NCBI GenBank assembly: GCA_963768655.1
Contig: CAVYIM010000005.1
Coordinates: 192,001-256,000 of the forward strand
DNA from: an uncultured Chloroflexia bacterium
GTDB lineage: Bacteria > Chloroflexota > Limnocylindria > Limnocylindrales > CSP1-4
Reading direction: 5' to 3'
DNA: 64,000 nt
Shown piece by piece: positions 43,037-53,267 of this stretch. The number at the start of each line of letters is the position of its first letter. Position 1 is the first letter of the stretch. Position numbers and translations under genes: made by a program. The notes below the pieces were generated by a model. The model did not search any database. It had not been told where the DNA came from and saw nothing but the letters and a program-made list of their open reading frames with translations.

Positions 43037-44179
43037 ATGACGTTCGCGGCGGGCGACAAGAAGGCCGATCTTGCCGGGCCGGGCATCGGCAACTACGAGG
43101 AACTCGAGACGATCCTGCCGAACGACTACGAATCTGCGCTCAACCGCAGGGAGACGCAGGAGGCCATCTACGTAGTCAAGGACTACATCGAGCGCAATCT
43201 CTGCAGGGAGCTGAACCTGCACATGGTCCAGGTTCCGCTCATCGTCGACGTCGAGTCGGGCATCAACGACATGCTCGACCGTGACGGCAAGCGCGGGCCG
43301 ATCCAGTTCCACATCTCCAACGACTACGACAAGCACCCGATCGAAGCCCAGGTCGTCCAGGCCGCCACCAAGTGGAAGCGTCCCGCGCTCAAGGAGTTCG
43401 GCTACGGCGTCGGCGAGGGCCTCCTGACCGACATGCGCGCCGTCCGCAAGGACTACTTCCTCGACCACGACCACAGCTGCTACGTGGACCAGTGGGACTG
43501 GGAGAGGGTCATCACGGCCGAGGACCGCAACCTCGACTTCCTGCGGATGGTCGTGCGGAGGATCTGGAAGGTCATCAAGGGCGCCGAGCAGGAGGCGTTC
43601 GACCGGTTCCCGAAGCTCCGGGCCGACAAGTACCCCGAGCTGCCCGACGAGATCACCTTCATGCACGCCGAGGAACTGCTCGAGCGCTACCCGAACTTGC
43701 CACGCAAGCAGCGCGAGACGGCCATCCTACAGGAGATCCCGGCCATCTTCATCATCGGGATCGGCTGGACCCTCGCCGATGGCTACCCGCACGAGATGCG
43801 GGCCGCCGACTACGACGACTGGGTCACGCCCACCGTCTCCGAGAAGGGCCGCCCGATGCACGGCCTGAACGGCGACATCCTGGTCTGGAACAGCGTCACG
43901 CGCCGGCGCCACGAGCTGACGTCGATGGGCATCCGCGTGAACGCCGAGACCCTGCGCCAGCAGCTCGAGATCACCGGCCAGCTCGACTGGCTCAACCTCC
44001 CCTACCACAAGGGCATCGTCAGCGGCGAAACGCCGCTCAGCATCGGCGGCGGGATCGGCCAGGGCCGGACCCAGATGCTCCTGCTCCACAAGGCGCACCT
44101 GGGTGAAGTCACGGTCACGGTCTGGCCCAAGATCCTCAAGGAGATCTGCGCGAAGAAGAACATCTTCGTGCTCGAATAG
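43037..44179 (+). CDS. asnA: Aspartate-ammonia ligase
   Basis: KWKR, TDMRAVRKD..LD.DHS.YVDQWDWE, RAADYDDW, LNGDI, SIGGGIGQ motifs. Confidence 0.95.
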   Translation: MTFAAGDKKADLAGPGIGNYEELETILPNDYESALNRRETQEAIYVVKDYIERNLCRELNLHMVQVPLIVDVESGINDMLDRDGKRGPIQFHISNDYDKHPIEAQVVQAATKWKRPALKEFGYGVGEGLLTDMRAVRKDYFLDHDHSCYVDQWDWERVITAEDRNLDFLRMVVRRIWKVIKGAEQEAFDRFPKLRADKYPELPDEITFMHAEELLERYPNLPRKQRETAILQEIPAIFIIGIGWTLADGYPHEMRAADYDDWVTPTVSEKGRPMHGLNGDILVWNSVTRRRHELTSMGIRVNAETLRQQLEITGQLDWLNLPYHKGIVSGETPLSIGGGIGQGRTQMLLLHKAHLGEVTVTVWPKILKEICAKKNIFVLE

Positions 44180-44286
44180 GCGCCGGGGACGAGGGCCGGC
44201 GGCGCGCCCGCAGCGTTGCCGGCCCCTCCCTTTCGGCCGCGGCTCTCCTCCCGTTCAGCCGCAGCCCTCTCGCTCCGGGGCGGCCG

Positions 44287-44685
44287 TTACTCCTCGTTGC
44301 GCCGGGTCGGCCCAGCGTCGCCGCAGGTGTCGGCGTAGCCCTCCAGTCGATCCAACCGGCGAGACAGCCGCATCTCGAGCACGCGTAGCTCCGAGTTGCC
44401 CGCGTTCGAGAGGCTGTACGCCTCATCCGCCGCCACGACGAAGCTGTCTCCTGCCGTGTAGGCGCAATCCCGGGCCCCGACGACGGCCCGAGCCAGCCCC
44501 GACACGACGTAGAAGAGGCAGTCGACGTCCGGATCGACGCGGCCCGATTCGACGTCTCCGACCCGGAGCGCGTTCATCCACGCGGCGATGACCTCGCCCG
44601 GGCGCAGCGTGGGGCCGGCCGGCCGGCCCGTGCCGCCGCCCTCGACAAGTACCGCGGCTTCCTGCGTCTCGACTCGATAGCGCAT
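44287..44685 (-). CDS. Cupin-domain protein
   Basis: GAGGAG RBS; FYVVSG...AGDSFVV.A...Y.L.N.G cupin pattern lacking the metal-binding His residues. Confidence 0.7.
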   Translation of the reverse strand: MRYRVETQEAAVLVEGGGTGRPAGPTLRPGEVIAAWMNALRVGDVESGRVDPDVDCLFYVVSGLARAVVGARDCAYTAGDSFVVAADEAYSLSNAGNSELRVLEMRLSRRLDRLEGYADTCGDAGPTRRNEE

Positions 44686-44817
44686 CGTCCTCCTCGCAGG
44701 CCGGGGAGCGGACCGCGCGTCGACGCCTCCCGCTAGTGCGCAGATTGTCCCACCGTGGTCTAGCGACGACCCAGAGGTCGGCCGACCTGGCCTTCGGCGC
44801 CGGCTACGGTAGGCGCA

Positions 44818-44874
44818 GCTGATGTAACCGGCGAAGACCGCCCGCGTGTTCGCGTTTGCCTTCTCGGTCGGCGT
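44818..44874 (-). repeat. hsdR-derived fragment A (matches 57148-57204)
   Basis: 51/57 nt identity; translates TPTEKANANTRAVFAGYIS versus Hsd[20 protein letters not shown]. Confidence 0.85.
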
Positions 44875-44903
44875 ACGCGGAGCCTCTCGCGCAGTGCCAG
44901 CAA

Positions 44904-45090
44904 TCAGCTCCAGAGGGCGCTCATCGGGGCCGCGACTATGCCCTTCCCGAGGCGATAGGCGCGCGGCCCGGTGCGGAACACGATTACCGCGACGAACACC
45001 TCGCCCATCCAATCTCGCATGGTTGCCAGGTGCCTTGCGTCATCCGGCGTGGGCGCGGAGCTGGCCTAGACTTCGATCGCGACGATCAGG
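44904..45090 (-). pseudogene. C-terminal remnant of an AAA+/DUF4143 family gene
   Basis: IVAIEV*ASSAPTPDDARHL..MRD.MGE.FV...FRTGPRAYRLG.GIVAAPMSALWS; stop at the IEVK lysine, no N-terminus. Confidence 0.65.
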
Positions 45091-45350
45091 TCGTCAATGA
45101 GGCGGCGCCGATACTCGGTCACGAACCGAGACTGCCACTCTGCCGCAGCCTTGGGTACCACTCTGCCGCATGCATCATTACCTCTTTGCCGCATCTCGCG
45201 CTGTCCCCTGTCGGGGCCGGCAGGCCGCCGGACGAACGTCGGCCTCGACGAATTACTGAACACGGTGAGTAATTGTGCTCAGAGTCCTGGGGTCTGCGGT
45301 CGTCTTCGGCAAGTAAGCGGGGGTGAAGAGCCGATCTCCAGACTGGGTCA

Positions 45351-45611
45351 ATGCCCGAACTCAGCCGTTTCTTCGGCATCGTGATCCGACTCCACTATGC
45401 CGAGCACAACCCACCGCACTTCCACGCGACGTACCAGGGTCGCACCGTGGAGGTGGACATCCGGACCCTGGGCATCATCGACGGCGGCATCGCGACGCGC
45501 GCCCTCGGCCTCGTCATGGAATGGGCGGCCGAGCACCAGGCTGAGCTGGCCGAAGATTGGCGCCGCGCCTCGTCGGGCGAACCGATCGTCAGGATCGCGC
45601 CCCTTGCGTAG
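45351..45611 (+). CDS. DUF4160 family protein (DhiT-like TA component)
   Basis: MPELSRFFGIVI..Y.EHNPPHFHA.Y signature. Confidence 0.92.
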   Translation: MPELSRFFGIVIRLHYAEHNPPHFHATYQGRTVEVDIRTLGIIDGGIATRALGLVMEWAAEHQAELAEDWRRASSGEPIVRIAPLA

Positions 45612-45623
45612 AATGGCCTGACG

Positions 45624-45926
45624 ATGCTCACCATCAGATCGGTCGAAACGCTGGACGACTACTGGCTTCGACTGACGTTGTCAGACAGGACGACGATCGA
45701 GCGAGAGGTCAGAGATCTTCTGCGAGGCCCCGTCTTCGAGCGTCTGCGGACGAGCTACGCCGAGTTCCGACGGGCCCGCGTGCGGCATGGGACTGTCGAA
45801 TGGCCCGGCGACCTGGACCTGGCCCCCGAGGCACTCATCTGGGACGGTGCGACGCCGCACGACTCGTCCCGGCGACCGCCCGCTCGACTCGTCCTCCACC
45901 ACCCAACGGGGGAGCCGGTTCGCTGA
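45624..45926 (+). CDS. DUF2442 family protein (DhiA-like partner)
   Basis: Y.LRLT.SD...GPVF..L...F......TV.WP..DLAPE.L pattern. Confidence 0.88.
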   Translation: MLTIRSVETLDDYWLRLTLSDRTTIEREVRDLLRGPVFERLRTSYAEFRRARVRHGTVEWPGDLDLAPEALIWDGATPHDSSRRPPARLVLHHPTGEPVR

Positions 45927-46033
45927 GGCGTACGGCCGAAGCCGATGGTCCCGGCCAGAACGATCCGTCCCAGCCGTGTGCGACACTGCTTTCCGGCCGC
46001 GGGACGTCGCGTCGCGGCCGGGCAGGAGGGCGC

Positions 46034-47800
46034 GTGGAGCCGCACGGGAAGGCCGCTGAGCACGTCGTCGCCGAGAGGCTGCGCGCCGCCCTCCCCTCCC
46101 CCGAGTTCCGCCTCTACCCCAACGCCGAATGGCTCGGGCCGATGCGCGAGGGCGGGCCGGCCCGCGACGGCGAGGCGGACCTGGTGGTCGTCCACGAGGA
46201 GCGCGGCATCCTCGTCCTGGAGGTGAAATCGGGCACCCCGTCGCGCGACGGCCAGGGCCGCTGGTGGATCGGCGGGCACCAGCTCGACCGCGACCCATTC
46301 GACCAGGCGCGCGACAGCAAGCACCAGCTCGTCCGCAAGCTCGAGGCGCTGCCCGACTGGCCCCCGCGGACGCAGCCGCGGGCCGGTCACGCGATCGCCC
46401 TGCCCGACGTCGACCTGGCCAGCCTGCCGCGCGGCCACGTCCTGCTCGGCGCCGACGCCCCGCGCGAGCTCGTCCTCGACGCCGAAGCTCTCGAGATGCC
46501 CGAGTCGATCCGCCGCTGGGTCGAGCGCGCCTACGCCTACTGGCTCGGCGACGGCACCAGGGGCGCCCCGCTCGGAGCCCTCGGCGTCCGCCTCCTCGAC
46601 GAGGTCCTCGCCCCGACCTGGTCGCTGCACCGCCTGGTCCGCGGCCGGATCGAGGACGATCGCGCCGAGCTGCTGGCCGCGAGCGCCGAGCAGGAGCTGA
46701 TCCTCAACCGAACCCGGCGGCTCCGCCGCCTGGAGGTCGTCGGACCCGCGGGCTGCGGGAAGTCGATGCTGGCCGCGGCGAAGGCCCGCCGGCTGGCGCG
46801 CGAGGGCTATCGGACGCTCTTCGTCTGCTTCAACCAGCGCCTGGCGACGAGCCTCATCCGCGAGCTCGAAGGTGCGCCCGCGCCGGCGACAGCGACGCAC
46901 GGCCCGGCACCGGCCGCGCCCGCCACGGCCCCGGCCGCGCCCGGCCCGACGGGGCTCGACGTGACGACCTTCCACCGGCTGTGCGAGCGCCTGGGGACCG
47001 AAGCCGGAGTCCTCCCGGGCCGCCCCATGCCGATCCCGCAGGCCTGGTGGGACGGGACGCTCCCGGCCGCGGCCGAGGCTGCGATCGATGCGCTCCCGCA
47101 GGAGCGCTATGCGGCCGTCATCGTCGACGAGGGCCAGGACTTCGAGGTCCGCTGGTTCGAGCTGCTGGAGCGCCTGCTCGCCGGCCCCGACGCCGTCTTC
47201 TGGGTCTTCCACGACCCCGGCCAGGCCCTTATCCGGACCGACGTCGTCGCCTCCCTCGGCCTGGAATGTCACGAGCTGTTCGAGAACCACCGCAACCCGG
47301 GCTCGATCGCGCAGCTGGCCGCCCGCTTCTACCACTGCGGCGGGGAGACGATCACGCGCCCTACGGCCGAACGCCGGTACACGGTCATCAGCGCCGAACC
47401 CGGGGCCGCCACCCTGGACGCGCTGCGCAGGACCCTCCACCGCCTCGTCGAGGAGGAGCATGTCGCGCCGTTCCGGATCGCCGTGCTATCCGGCGCCTCG
47501 GCCACCGCCAGCGAGGTCTGGCGTCACCGCTGCTTCGGCAACGCTCCCCTGGAGAACGCCGCCCTCTACGACGACGGCAGCTCGCGCGGTCTCGCGCCCG
47601 AGGACGTCCCCGACGAACCCGACGAAGTCCTGTTCGAGACGATCCGCCGCTTCAAGGGCTTGGAGCGCGAGGTCGTCGTCCTCGTCGAGCTCCCAACCGA
47701 CGGCGACCGCCTCGACGAGCTCCTCTACGTCGGCCTGACGCGGGCGACCACTGAGCTGGTGGCCATCGCACCTCCGGACCTGGCGCGGCGGTTGGGGTGA
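46034..47800 (+). CDS. NERD nuclease + SF1 helicase-like ATPase fusion
   Basis: GEADLVVVH...LEVK; GPAGCGKS, IVDEGQD, FKGLE, LYVGLTRA; AGGAGG RBS. Confidence 0.9.
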   Translation: MEPHGKAAEHVVAERLRAALPSPEFRLYPNAEWLGPMREGGPARDGEADLVVVHEERGILVLEVKSGTPSRDGQGRWWIGGHQLDRDPFDQARDSKHQLVRKLEALPDWPPRTQPRAGHAIALPDVDLASLPRGHVLLGADAPRELVLDAEALEMPESIRRWVERAYAYWLGDGTRGAPLGALGVRLLDEVLAPTWSLHRLVRGRIEDDRAELLAASAEQELILNRTRRLRRLEVVGPAGCGKSMLAAAKARRLAREGYRTLFVCFNQRLATSLIRELEGAPAPATATHGPAPAAPATAPAAPGPTGLDVTTFHRLCERLGTEAGVLPGRPMPIPQAWWDGTLPAAAEAAIDALPQERYAAVIVDEGQDFEVRWFELLERLLAGPDAVFWVFHDPGQALIRTDVVASLGLECHELFENHRNPGSIAQLAARFYHCGGETITRPTAERRYTVISAEPGAATLDALRRTLHRLVEEEHVAPFRIAVLSGASATASEVWRHRCFGNAPLENAALYDDGSSRGLAPEDVPDEPDEVLFETIRRFKGLEREVVVLVELPTDGDRLDELLYVGLTRATTELVAIAPPDLARRLG

Positions 47801-48388
47801 TGCGCTGTCAGTTGCGGAGCGCTCTCGGGGAGAACTTCCGATCCCCTGATCCAAAGTCCCCGGCGGACGGTTCTGTAAACCCCCGCAGACCCGTTCATGC
47901 AGCGCGATGCGCCTAACGCGTGTGGCATCAGTCTTGGTAGCGCAGCAGCTTGAACTCCGCCGAACCGCACGTTGACGTCGGATCCACGAATAGGCGGCCG
48001 CCTGATCCTAAACCCTTCCACCTCATGCTTAGCCGACCGTGGCTCCCGACTTGCACATCCGGAAGATCCATCAGGATGCTCTTGGTGAGCACGGGCATGA
48101 CGCCGAGAGAGTACGTGGGGCTGGCCTTGGGGTCGAAGTCAGGCACCACGTCGAAAACCTCGATGGAGCAGTGGCTAAACGGCGACGAGCTTATCTTCCA
48201 ATCGAGTCGGTACGTGCCACTACTGGGATCGTCTGAGAAGACGGGCGAGAGGTCGCCCTGCATGTTGGTCAGATCCAGGCTGGACCAAGTGAAGTCCATC
48301 ACCGTTGACCAGTTGGGTAGCACCGTGTCCTGGTAGGCGTACCACTTGTCCAGCACGTCCTCCGAAAGGCTAGAGGTGAAGGTTGACG

Positions 48389-49877
48389 GAGGATGTCCCG
48401 CTCGTCGTGGAATTTCAGTGAGGGTCGGGTCTCCAGGTTGCTGATCATATCGGTTGGTTGGTAGCGCTCGCCTCGCTTTCGATGTGGAGCTCGCGCTTCA
48501 GCGCAGCGGCAAGAATGGGCAGCTCCCGATAGCCACAGACTCGGCGGAACTGAGCCTCTGCGGCGAGCATCCCAGCGGCGGCCCAGCGCAGCGCCATCTC
48601 GCCCGACTCCCAGTTCTTCACCCGGCGGGCGTGCGTCTTGACGATCTCGATCATCGATTCCATCGGGTTGGTCGACTCGAGCGTCCTCCAGAGCGAGCCG
48701 CTGATGCCCAGACGCGTCAGGGTGAGCGTGTCGTCGAGCCCCTCGCGCAGCGACGCGGCGGCTCCCGGACGGCTGTGGGCCAGACTGCGGGCCAGGGAGT
48801 GGAGGGCCGCCTTCGCCCTGTCCGGATCTCGCTCGGCCCAGGCGGCCCGAAGCCGGCGCTGGGCGAGCGGTCGTTCGATCTCGGGCAGGTGCTCTAGAAC
48901 GTTGCGCTCTTTGTGGCGATGGCAGCGATGGATCGCCACGCCTTTGCCCAAGAAGGTGGGGATGGCCGAACCGATGGCGGAGCCGCCGTCGACGACGAAG
49001 AGGACGCCTGCGCTTGTGTCCAGACCGCGATCGCGCAAGTCCGCCAGGAGCGCGTTGACCACCGCGCTGTTCTCGGTCGTGCCCTCGACCACGCCGAGGG
49101 GCACCTTGTGGCCGGCGGCGTCGATCCCGAGCGCGCCTACGAGCAGGTGATCGCCCAGGCGAAAGCCATCGAGCATGAGCACGAGGTAGCGGCGGTCGTC
49201 GAGTCTGCGCCCGAGCAGCTCAGCCAGGCGCTCTGCCGTGGCGGCGAGGAAGCGGCGGCTGACGGCGGCGTGGCTGGTCGAGACGGCGGCCTCCTCGATG
49301 GCCTCGCCAACAGGCTCGAGGCCAACCGGATAGTCGCGAGTCGAGAGCCCCGCGAGCATCCGGGCGACGATCCCGTCGGCGAGCAGATCGCTGGCTCTCG
49401 CGGCCTCGTAGGTCGCGAGCGGCAGCTCGGCTGCTCCATCGGCACTTCGCACACGTGGCCGCTCGACGCGGAGTCGGCGGCCGCCCAGGGTCACGGTTCC
49501 GGCTTCACTGCCATGGCGATAGGCAACTCGATCCGCTCGGTGGCGGCCGCGTGGGCCGGCCAGGCCGTCAACCTCAGCCGCCATCAGCTCGTCGAGGACC
49601 TCGAGGCCGACCGCGGTCGAAGCGGCCAGCAGGCCCTCGCGCAGATGGCTCGCGAACGTGGCGAGATGGCCCTCGAGCCGCCCTGTCAGCTCAGCAGGAA
49701 GCTGGTGAACGAGACGGCGAGGTCGGCGGCATCGCTTCTCAGGGCGGGGCCGGACGTGGGACGATGGCATGGGTTCCTCCAGTTCGACTTTCCGGGTCTC
49801 CCGTAGCGTGACAGCTCACGCTCCGGGCTGGAGGACCCTCCCCTCAACTCAAATTCCACGGAACTCGGGACAACCTC
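48389..49877 (-). mobile_element. IS256-family insertion sequence, 1489 bp
   Basis: Imperfect TIRs GAGGATGTCCCG..CGTGGAATTT and GAGGTTGTCCCG..CGTGGAATTT; 8-bp target duplication GGTTGACG at 48381-48388 and 49878-49885. Confidence 0.95.
48445..49770 (-). CDS. IS256-family (Mutator) DDE transposase
   Basis: GLSTRDY, LMLDG, DLRDRGL, VVDG, RC..HK.RN, STNPMES motifs. Confidence 0.95.
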   Translation of the reverse strand: MPSSHVRPRPEKRCRRPRRLVHQLPAELTGRLEGHLATFASHLREGLLAASTAVGLEVLDELMAAEVDGLAGPRGRHRADRVAYRHGSEAGTVTLGGRRLRVERPRVRSADGAAELPLATYEAARASDLLADGIVARMLAGLSTRDYPVGLEPVGEAIEEAAVSTSHAAVSRRFLAATAERLAELLGRRLDDRRYLVLMLDGFRLGDHLLVGALGIDAAGHKVPLGVVEGTTENSAVVNALLADLRDRGLDTSAGVLFVVDGGSAIGSAIPTFLGKGVAIHRCHRHKERNVLEHLPEIERPLAQRRLRAAWAERDPDRAKAALHSLARSLAHSRPGAAASLREGLDDTLTLTRLGISGSLWRTLESTNPMESMIEIVKTHARRVKNWESGEMALRWAAAGMLAAEAQFRRVCGYRELPILAAALKRELHIESEASATNQPI

Positions 49878-50679
49878 GGTTGACGAGTCGGGACCGGCGA
49901 TATCCCAGGCGCCCATGTCGAGTGGTTGGCCGGGCTTGATATCGGTGCCTATAGGTGCCAGTTCCCACGAGAACTGCATGTCGCAGTCCGGTCGCGTTTC
50001 CACCTCCCAGCTCACCCACCCCTTCTTGGGGCCACTGTTGCTAGCCCAAGTGTCCGGGGACGGAAGCGCTGGCTTCACAGCGTCGGGGTGCAGTTCGTCT
50101 AGGTGCTTCGTGGATGGGGCGTCGTAAATGACCGGGCACAGATCGCGTGGTTCGGTGGGCCCACCGACTCCGGCGAACTTATCGAAGACATATGCAGAAC
50201 TGCCCACCCACTTCGGCGACCCTTCATGGACCAGCGGGCCGCAGCTGTATCCATCTACCTGGATCAGCGCCGCCAGGAGTACGTCGGACGTCGAGGTCGA
50301 CGACGGCTTAGACAGCGTGTCGAGAACTTGGTAGGTCCAGCCGCACGTGGGACGCGGCGTCGCCGCTGGACCGCCGGCTGAGCAAGCCGCCGCCGCACCG
50401 ACAAGGGACATCGAAAGCAGGACCTGCACAACGACCTGCGGCCGAGTCATGCAATCCCTCCATCGAGCTGCTCGCCAGTCAGAGCCTACTAGCCAACCCT
50501 TGAGAGAGCAGGTGCCATCGGCACTGTCGTGAGCTCACCGCGATCCAGGCGTGGCGCAAGTGGATTAGAGCCGACACACCGTCACGATCTCTGCTGATCC
50601 CGGTCACGAACCTTCCGACCTACGTCCACCGCGTTTCGGGGATCGCGAAGATGAGTAGTTATCGGCCTTCCTCGGGTGA

Positions 50680-51021
50680 CTAGCCTGAAGCCTCCGTCGT
50701 CCTCACCTTCTCGTCCCAGAAGTGGCGATAGTCCTCGCGGACCACCGAAATTGCGGCTCGCTTCTTCGCGACGACCTCATCCGGGGTCATCCCCTCAGAC
50801 CAGAAGGTCGTCCGGTTGCACGCCCCGTTGCAGAAGCGACACGCGGCGACGATGTACCTCTTGTCGTTCCTCAGCGGGTAACCCTTCGGCACGAGGTGGT
50901 CCCACGAGAGGTAGAGCCAGTTCGGCCAGACCCGGCCATCGAGGCCGCAGTAGACGCAGGTGAAGTCGTCTCGTTGCAAGACTGGATGCGCATACCCACG
51001 GAGTGCGTCTGAGAAAGCCAT
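50680..51021 (-). CDS. HNH endonuclease
   Basis: VLQRDDFTCVYCG...DHLVP...ACRFCN; AGGAG RBS. Confidence 0.88.
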   Translation of the reverse strand: MAFSDALRGYAHPVLQRDDFTCVYCGLDGRVWPNWLYLSWDHLVPKGYPLRNDKRYIVAACRFCNGACNRTTFWSEGMTPDEVVAKKRAAISVVREDYRHFWDEKVRTTEASG

Positions 51022-51093
51022 CTGTCTTCTCCTTCTCCGCTCCTCGCCCGGTAGCACGACCCAGCCATTCGCCGCAACAGGCGACCGCCCGCC

Positions 51094-52068
51094 CTACACC
51101 GAGTCCGCCTGCGTCTCGGAGAGCACCACGAGGCCCCTGATGATGGGCCGGAGGACATCGTTCCAGCGCACCATCGTATCGACTGCCCACGACCGCAGTT
51201 CGGCGTCCTCATCCGGTGGCGGCGATGGCGGGACTTCGCGATAGACGTAAACGCGGGAGGCCCGCTTCGCGTCCAGCCGTTCCCAGACAAGGGTGCTACC
51301 GAGCGCCGCTGAGAGGCTCTCGCGTTGGGCGTACAGCACGTCGAAGAAGCCCTTGTTCTGGTCTCGGTCGCCGGTGTCGATGTACAACTCGACCCTGAAG
51401 CGACCGCCGCGGACAAAGGCCCACGTGAAACTGAACCCGGACCGACCAGCGGGCATGCCCGCGTAGTTCCCGACGCCGACCCTTGACGCGGAGGTCAGGC
51501 CGGGGCGAAGCCGCTTGAACTCAGGCAGCACCGCCTCGAAGAACCTTTGGTAGGCGAGGACGCGCTCTGTCGGTGGCCCCCCGGCATTGCCTCGTGCCGT
51601 CTTCGCCCACTCGTTCGGCTGGGCGACTAACTTGAGGTGGGGTGCCGGAGGGGAGTCATCGATACGAAGGAGTTCGAGTTCAACTCCGAAGAAGTCAACG
51701 CCCTCGGTGGTGTGGGCGTTGAGCCAGTCAAGGGCTTGCCGATGCTCGTCCCGGAACCGGGGAGACAGCCAGACCACGATGGCGGCATCGAGGCCCGAGG
51801 CATACGTCAGCACTTGGCCAAGGTGGCCGTGATCCGTCGGAGCCAGCTGGTTCTCAACAATCACGACCCGGCCTTCCGGCACGGTCTTCCCAACGATGTC
51901 AACGGCGAAATCGCCAACTGACACTTCTGACGCGGTCGCCTCGATGTCGAACCCGAGCGCGTCGCCGAGCAGCCCGATGTTGGCATGAAGCCACGGAGTG
52001 AACTCATGAGCCTCGTGTTTCTAGACTTCCTTGACCTCGACCTGTTGCAGGCGGCCCAGTTTCGGCAC
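51094..52068 (-). pseudogene. DUF4268-domain nuclease-like gene with an in-frame TAG at 52021-52023
   Basis: KLGRL..V.VKEV*KHEAHEFTPWL (family pattern VW.HEA..FTPWL), DIVG...IVENQL..TDH.HLGQ. Confidence 0.85.
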
Positions 52069-52225
52069 GGGAGAATCCTCTGGCGGTTTCGGGCGGCAGC
52101 CCTCGACCATCGTAGCGGGCCGACGCTCGCAAGTGATCAGCCTCCGTGAGGTTTCCGCTGCGGCATGTCGCCCGGATACCACCTCAGCACCAGGCGGGCG
52201 AGTCCGCACATTCGCGACGCGGTGA

Positions 52226-52648
52226 TCAGACTCGAACGAGAGAAACTCGGGCTGCTTCGGGCTCACCATCGAGCAGAAGCGACAGATCGTTTGGGTCGGT
52301 GGTCAGGATCAGCGCGGGCACGGACGCCAGGGCCTCGGCGGCGACGATGGCGTCGACCACGTCCGAGGTCGAAGTCTTCGCCTGCAATTCGCCGGCCCGG
52401 CGGGCGATCTGCTCCGAGGTTGGCAGAAGGGCGTCCACGGCCTTGATGACGCGATCGATGGGAGCACGGTCGCGCCCGCCTCGATGGACTTGAGCCAGGA
52501 CCGGCGTGAGAATGACCACGACGTGGCCCTCGTGCAAGGCACGCGCCAGCGCGGCGCGTGCGCGGGGATCGCCGCGAGCCAGGGCGAGGACCCCGCCGGC
52601 GTCAAGGATCAACCGTCTCGTCCTCGCGAGAGCCTCTACCGAGGCCAC
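52226..52648 (-). CDS. PIN-domain toxin (VapC-like)
   Basis: LILDAGGV, PVLAQV.R, DVVDAIVAA, ILTTDPNDL motifs. Confidence 0.88.
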   Translation of the reverse strand: MASVEALARTRRLILDAGGVLALARGDPRARAALARALHEGHVVVILTPVLAQVHRGGRDRAPIDRVIKAVDALLPTSEQIARRAGELQAKTSTSDVVDAIVAAEALASVPALILTTDPNDLSLLLDGEPEAARVSLVRV

Positions 52649-52857
52649 TCCTGCCCCTCAACCCAAGCACGTGCTTCATCCGGTATCGGGCCGAATTCCT
52701 CGACCATCTCGTCCAGCAGCTTCTCCAGGCGGACTCGCTGGAGGCGCATCGCGAGCGACTCATTCAGGAACCTCGAGAAGCCGCGCTCGCCGACCAGGGC
52801 CTTCGCCTCGTCCACACTGGCCGCGTCCAGAGTCGTCGACACCTTCACTCTTGGCAT
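52636..52857 (-). CDS. VapB-like RHH antitoxin
   Basis: KVSTTLD...A..LVGERG.S.F.NE; overlaps the PIN gene. Confidence 0.85.
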   Translation of the reverse strand: MPRVKVSTTLDAASVDEAKALVGERGFSRFLNESLAMRLQRVRLEKLLDEMVEEFGPIPDEARAWVEGQEWPR

Positions 52858-52864
52858 GCCGACT

Positions 52865-52892
52865 ATCCTACTAGTAGTAGGATTATTGTCAA
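52865..52892 (-). promoter_or_regulatory. TA promoter with overlapping palindromic operator
   Basis: TTGACA-N16-TAGGAT on the minus strand; palindrome ATCCTACT-N3-AGTAGGAT. Confidence 0.75.
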
Positions 52893-53040
52893 CCAGTTGG
52901 GGCGCTCGATCGGACACATCGGGAGTCTGCAACAGGCGCATCCACTGCGACTTATCCGAGCGGAAGTACGCCGGGCGCCAGCAACCGCGCCAGCCTCGGC
53001 TGACGCCCGCGCGCTCCCCTACCTGGGCGAGTACCCGGTG

Positions 53041-53208
53041 GACGATGTTGCGCCGGTCCGAAAGCACGGCGTTGCGGTCACCCTGCTCGGCGGGCATGAA
53101 CTTCTGGATGGTCGTGAAGACGACGCCACCGCCGGCGACGCGGAGCTTGGCGACGGCGTGCCGGTAAGCGCCACGTAAGCAGGCCCAGCGATACTCATCC
53201 GCGACGAT
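53041..53208 (-). repeat. hsdR-derived fragments B1 (53041-53148 = 57310-57417) and degenerate B2/B3 (53154-53208)
   Basis: B1 is 105/108 identical; B2 GGCGTGCCGGTAAGCGCCACGTAAGCAGGCC resembles 57200-57229; B3 reads IVADEY versus VIADEAH. Confidence 0.88.
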
Positions 53209-53267
53209 CCTGAGCGTTAGCTGCAAATGCCGTCACTCTTGCCATATGCCGTCATGTGGGTATCATC

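Larger units (their letters stand above)
47928..50450 (-). pseudogene. Lipoprotein gene interrupted by IS256
   Basis: Lipobox AAAC; excising the IS and one target duplication restores the frame PDSST-FTSSLSEDVLDKWY. Confidence 0.85.

Noticed and set aside
52636-53226. 196-aa ORF appearing to fuse HsdR sequence to the antitoxin
   Set aside because: Chance open frame through hsdR fragment B; the antitoxin has its own promoter and ATG at 52857
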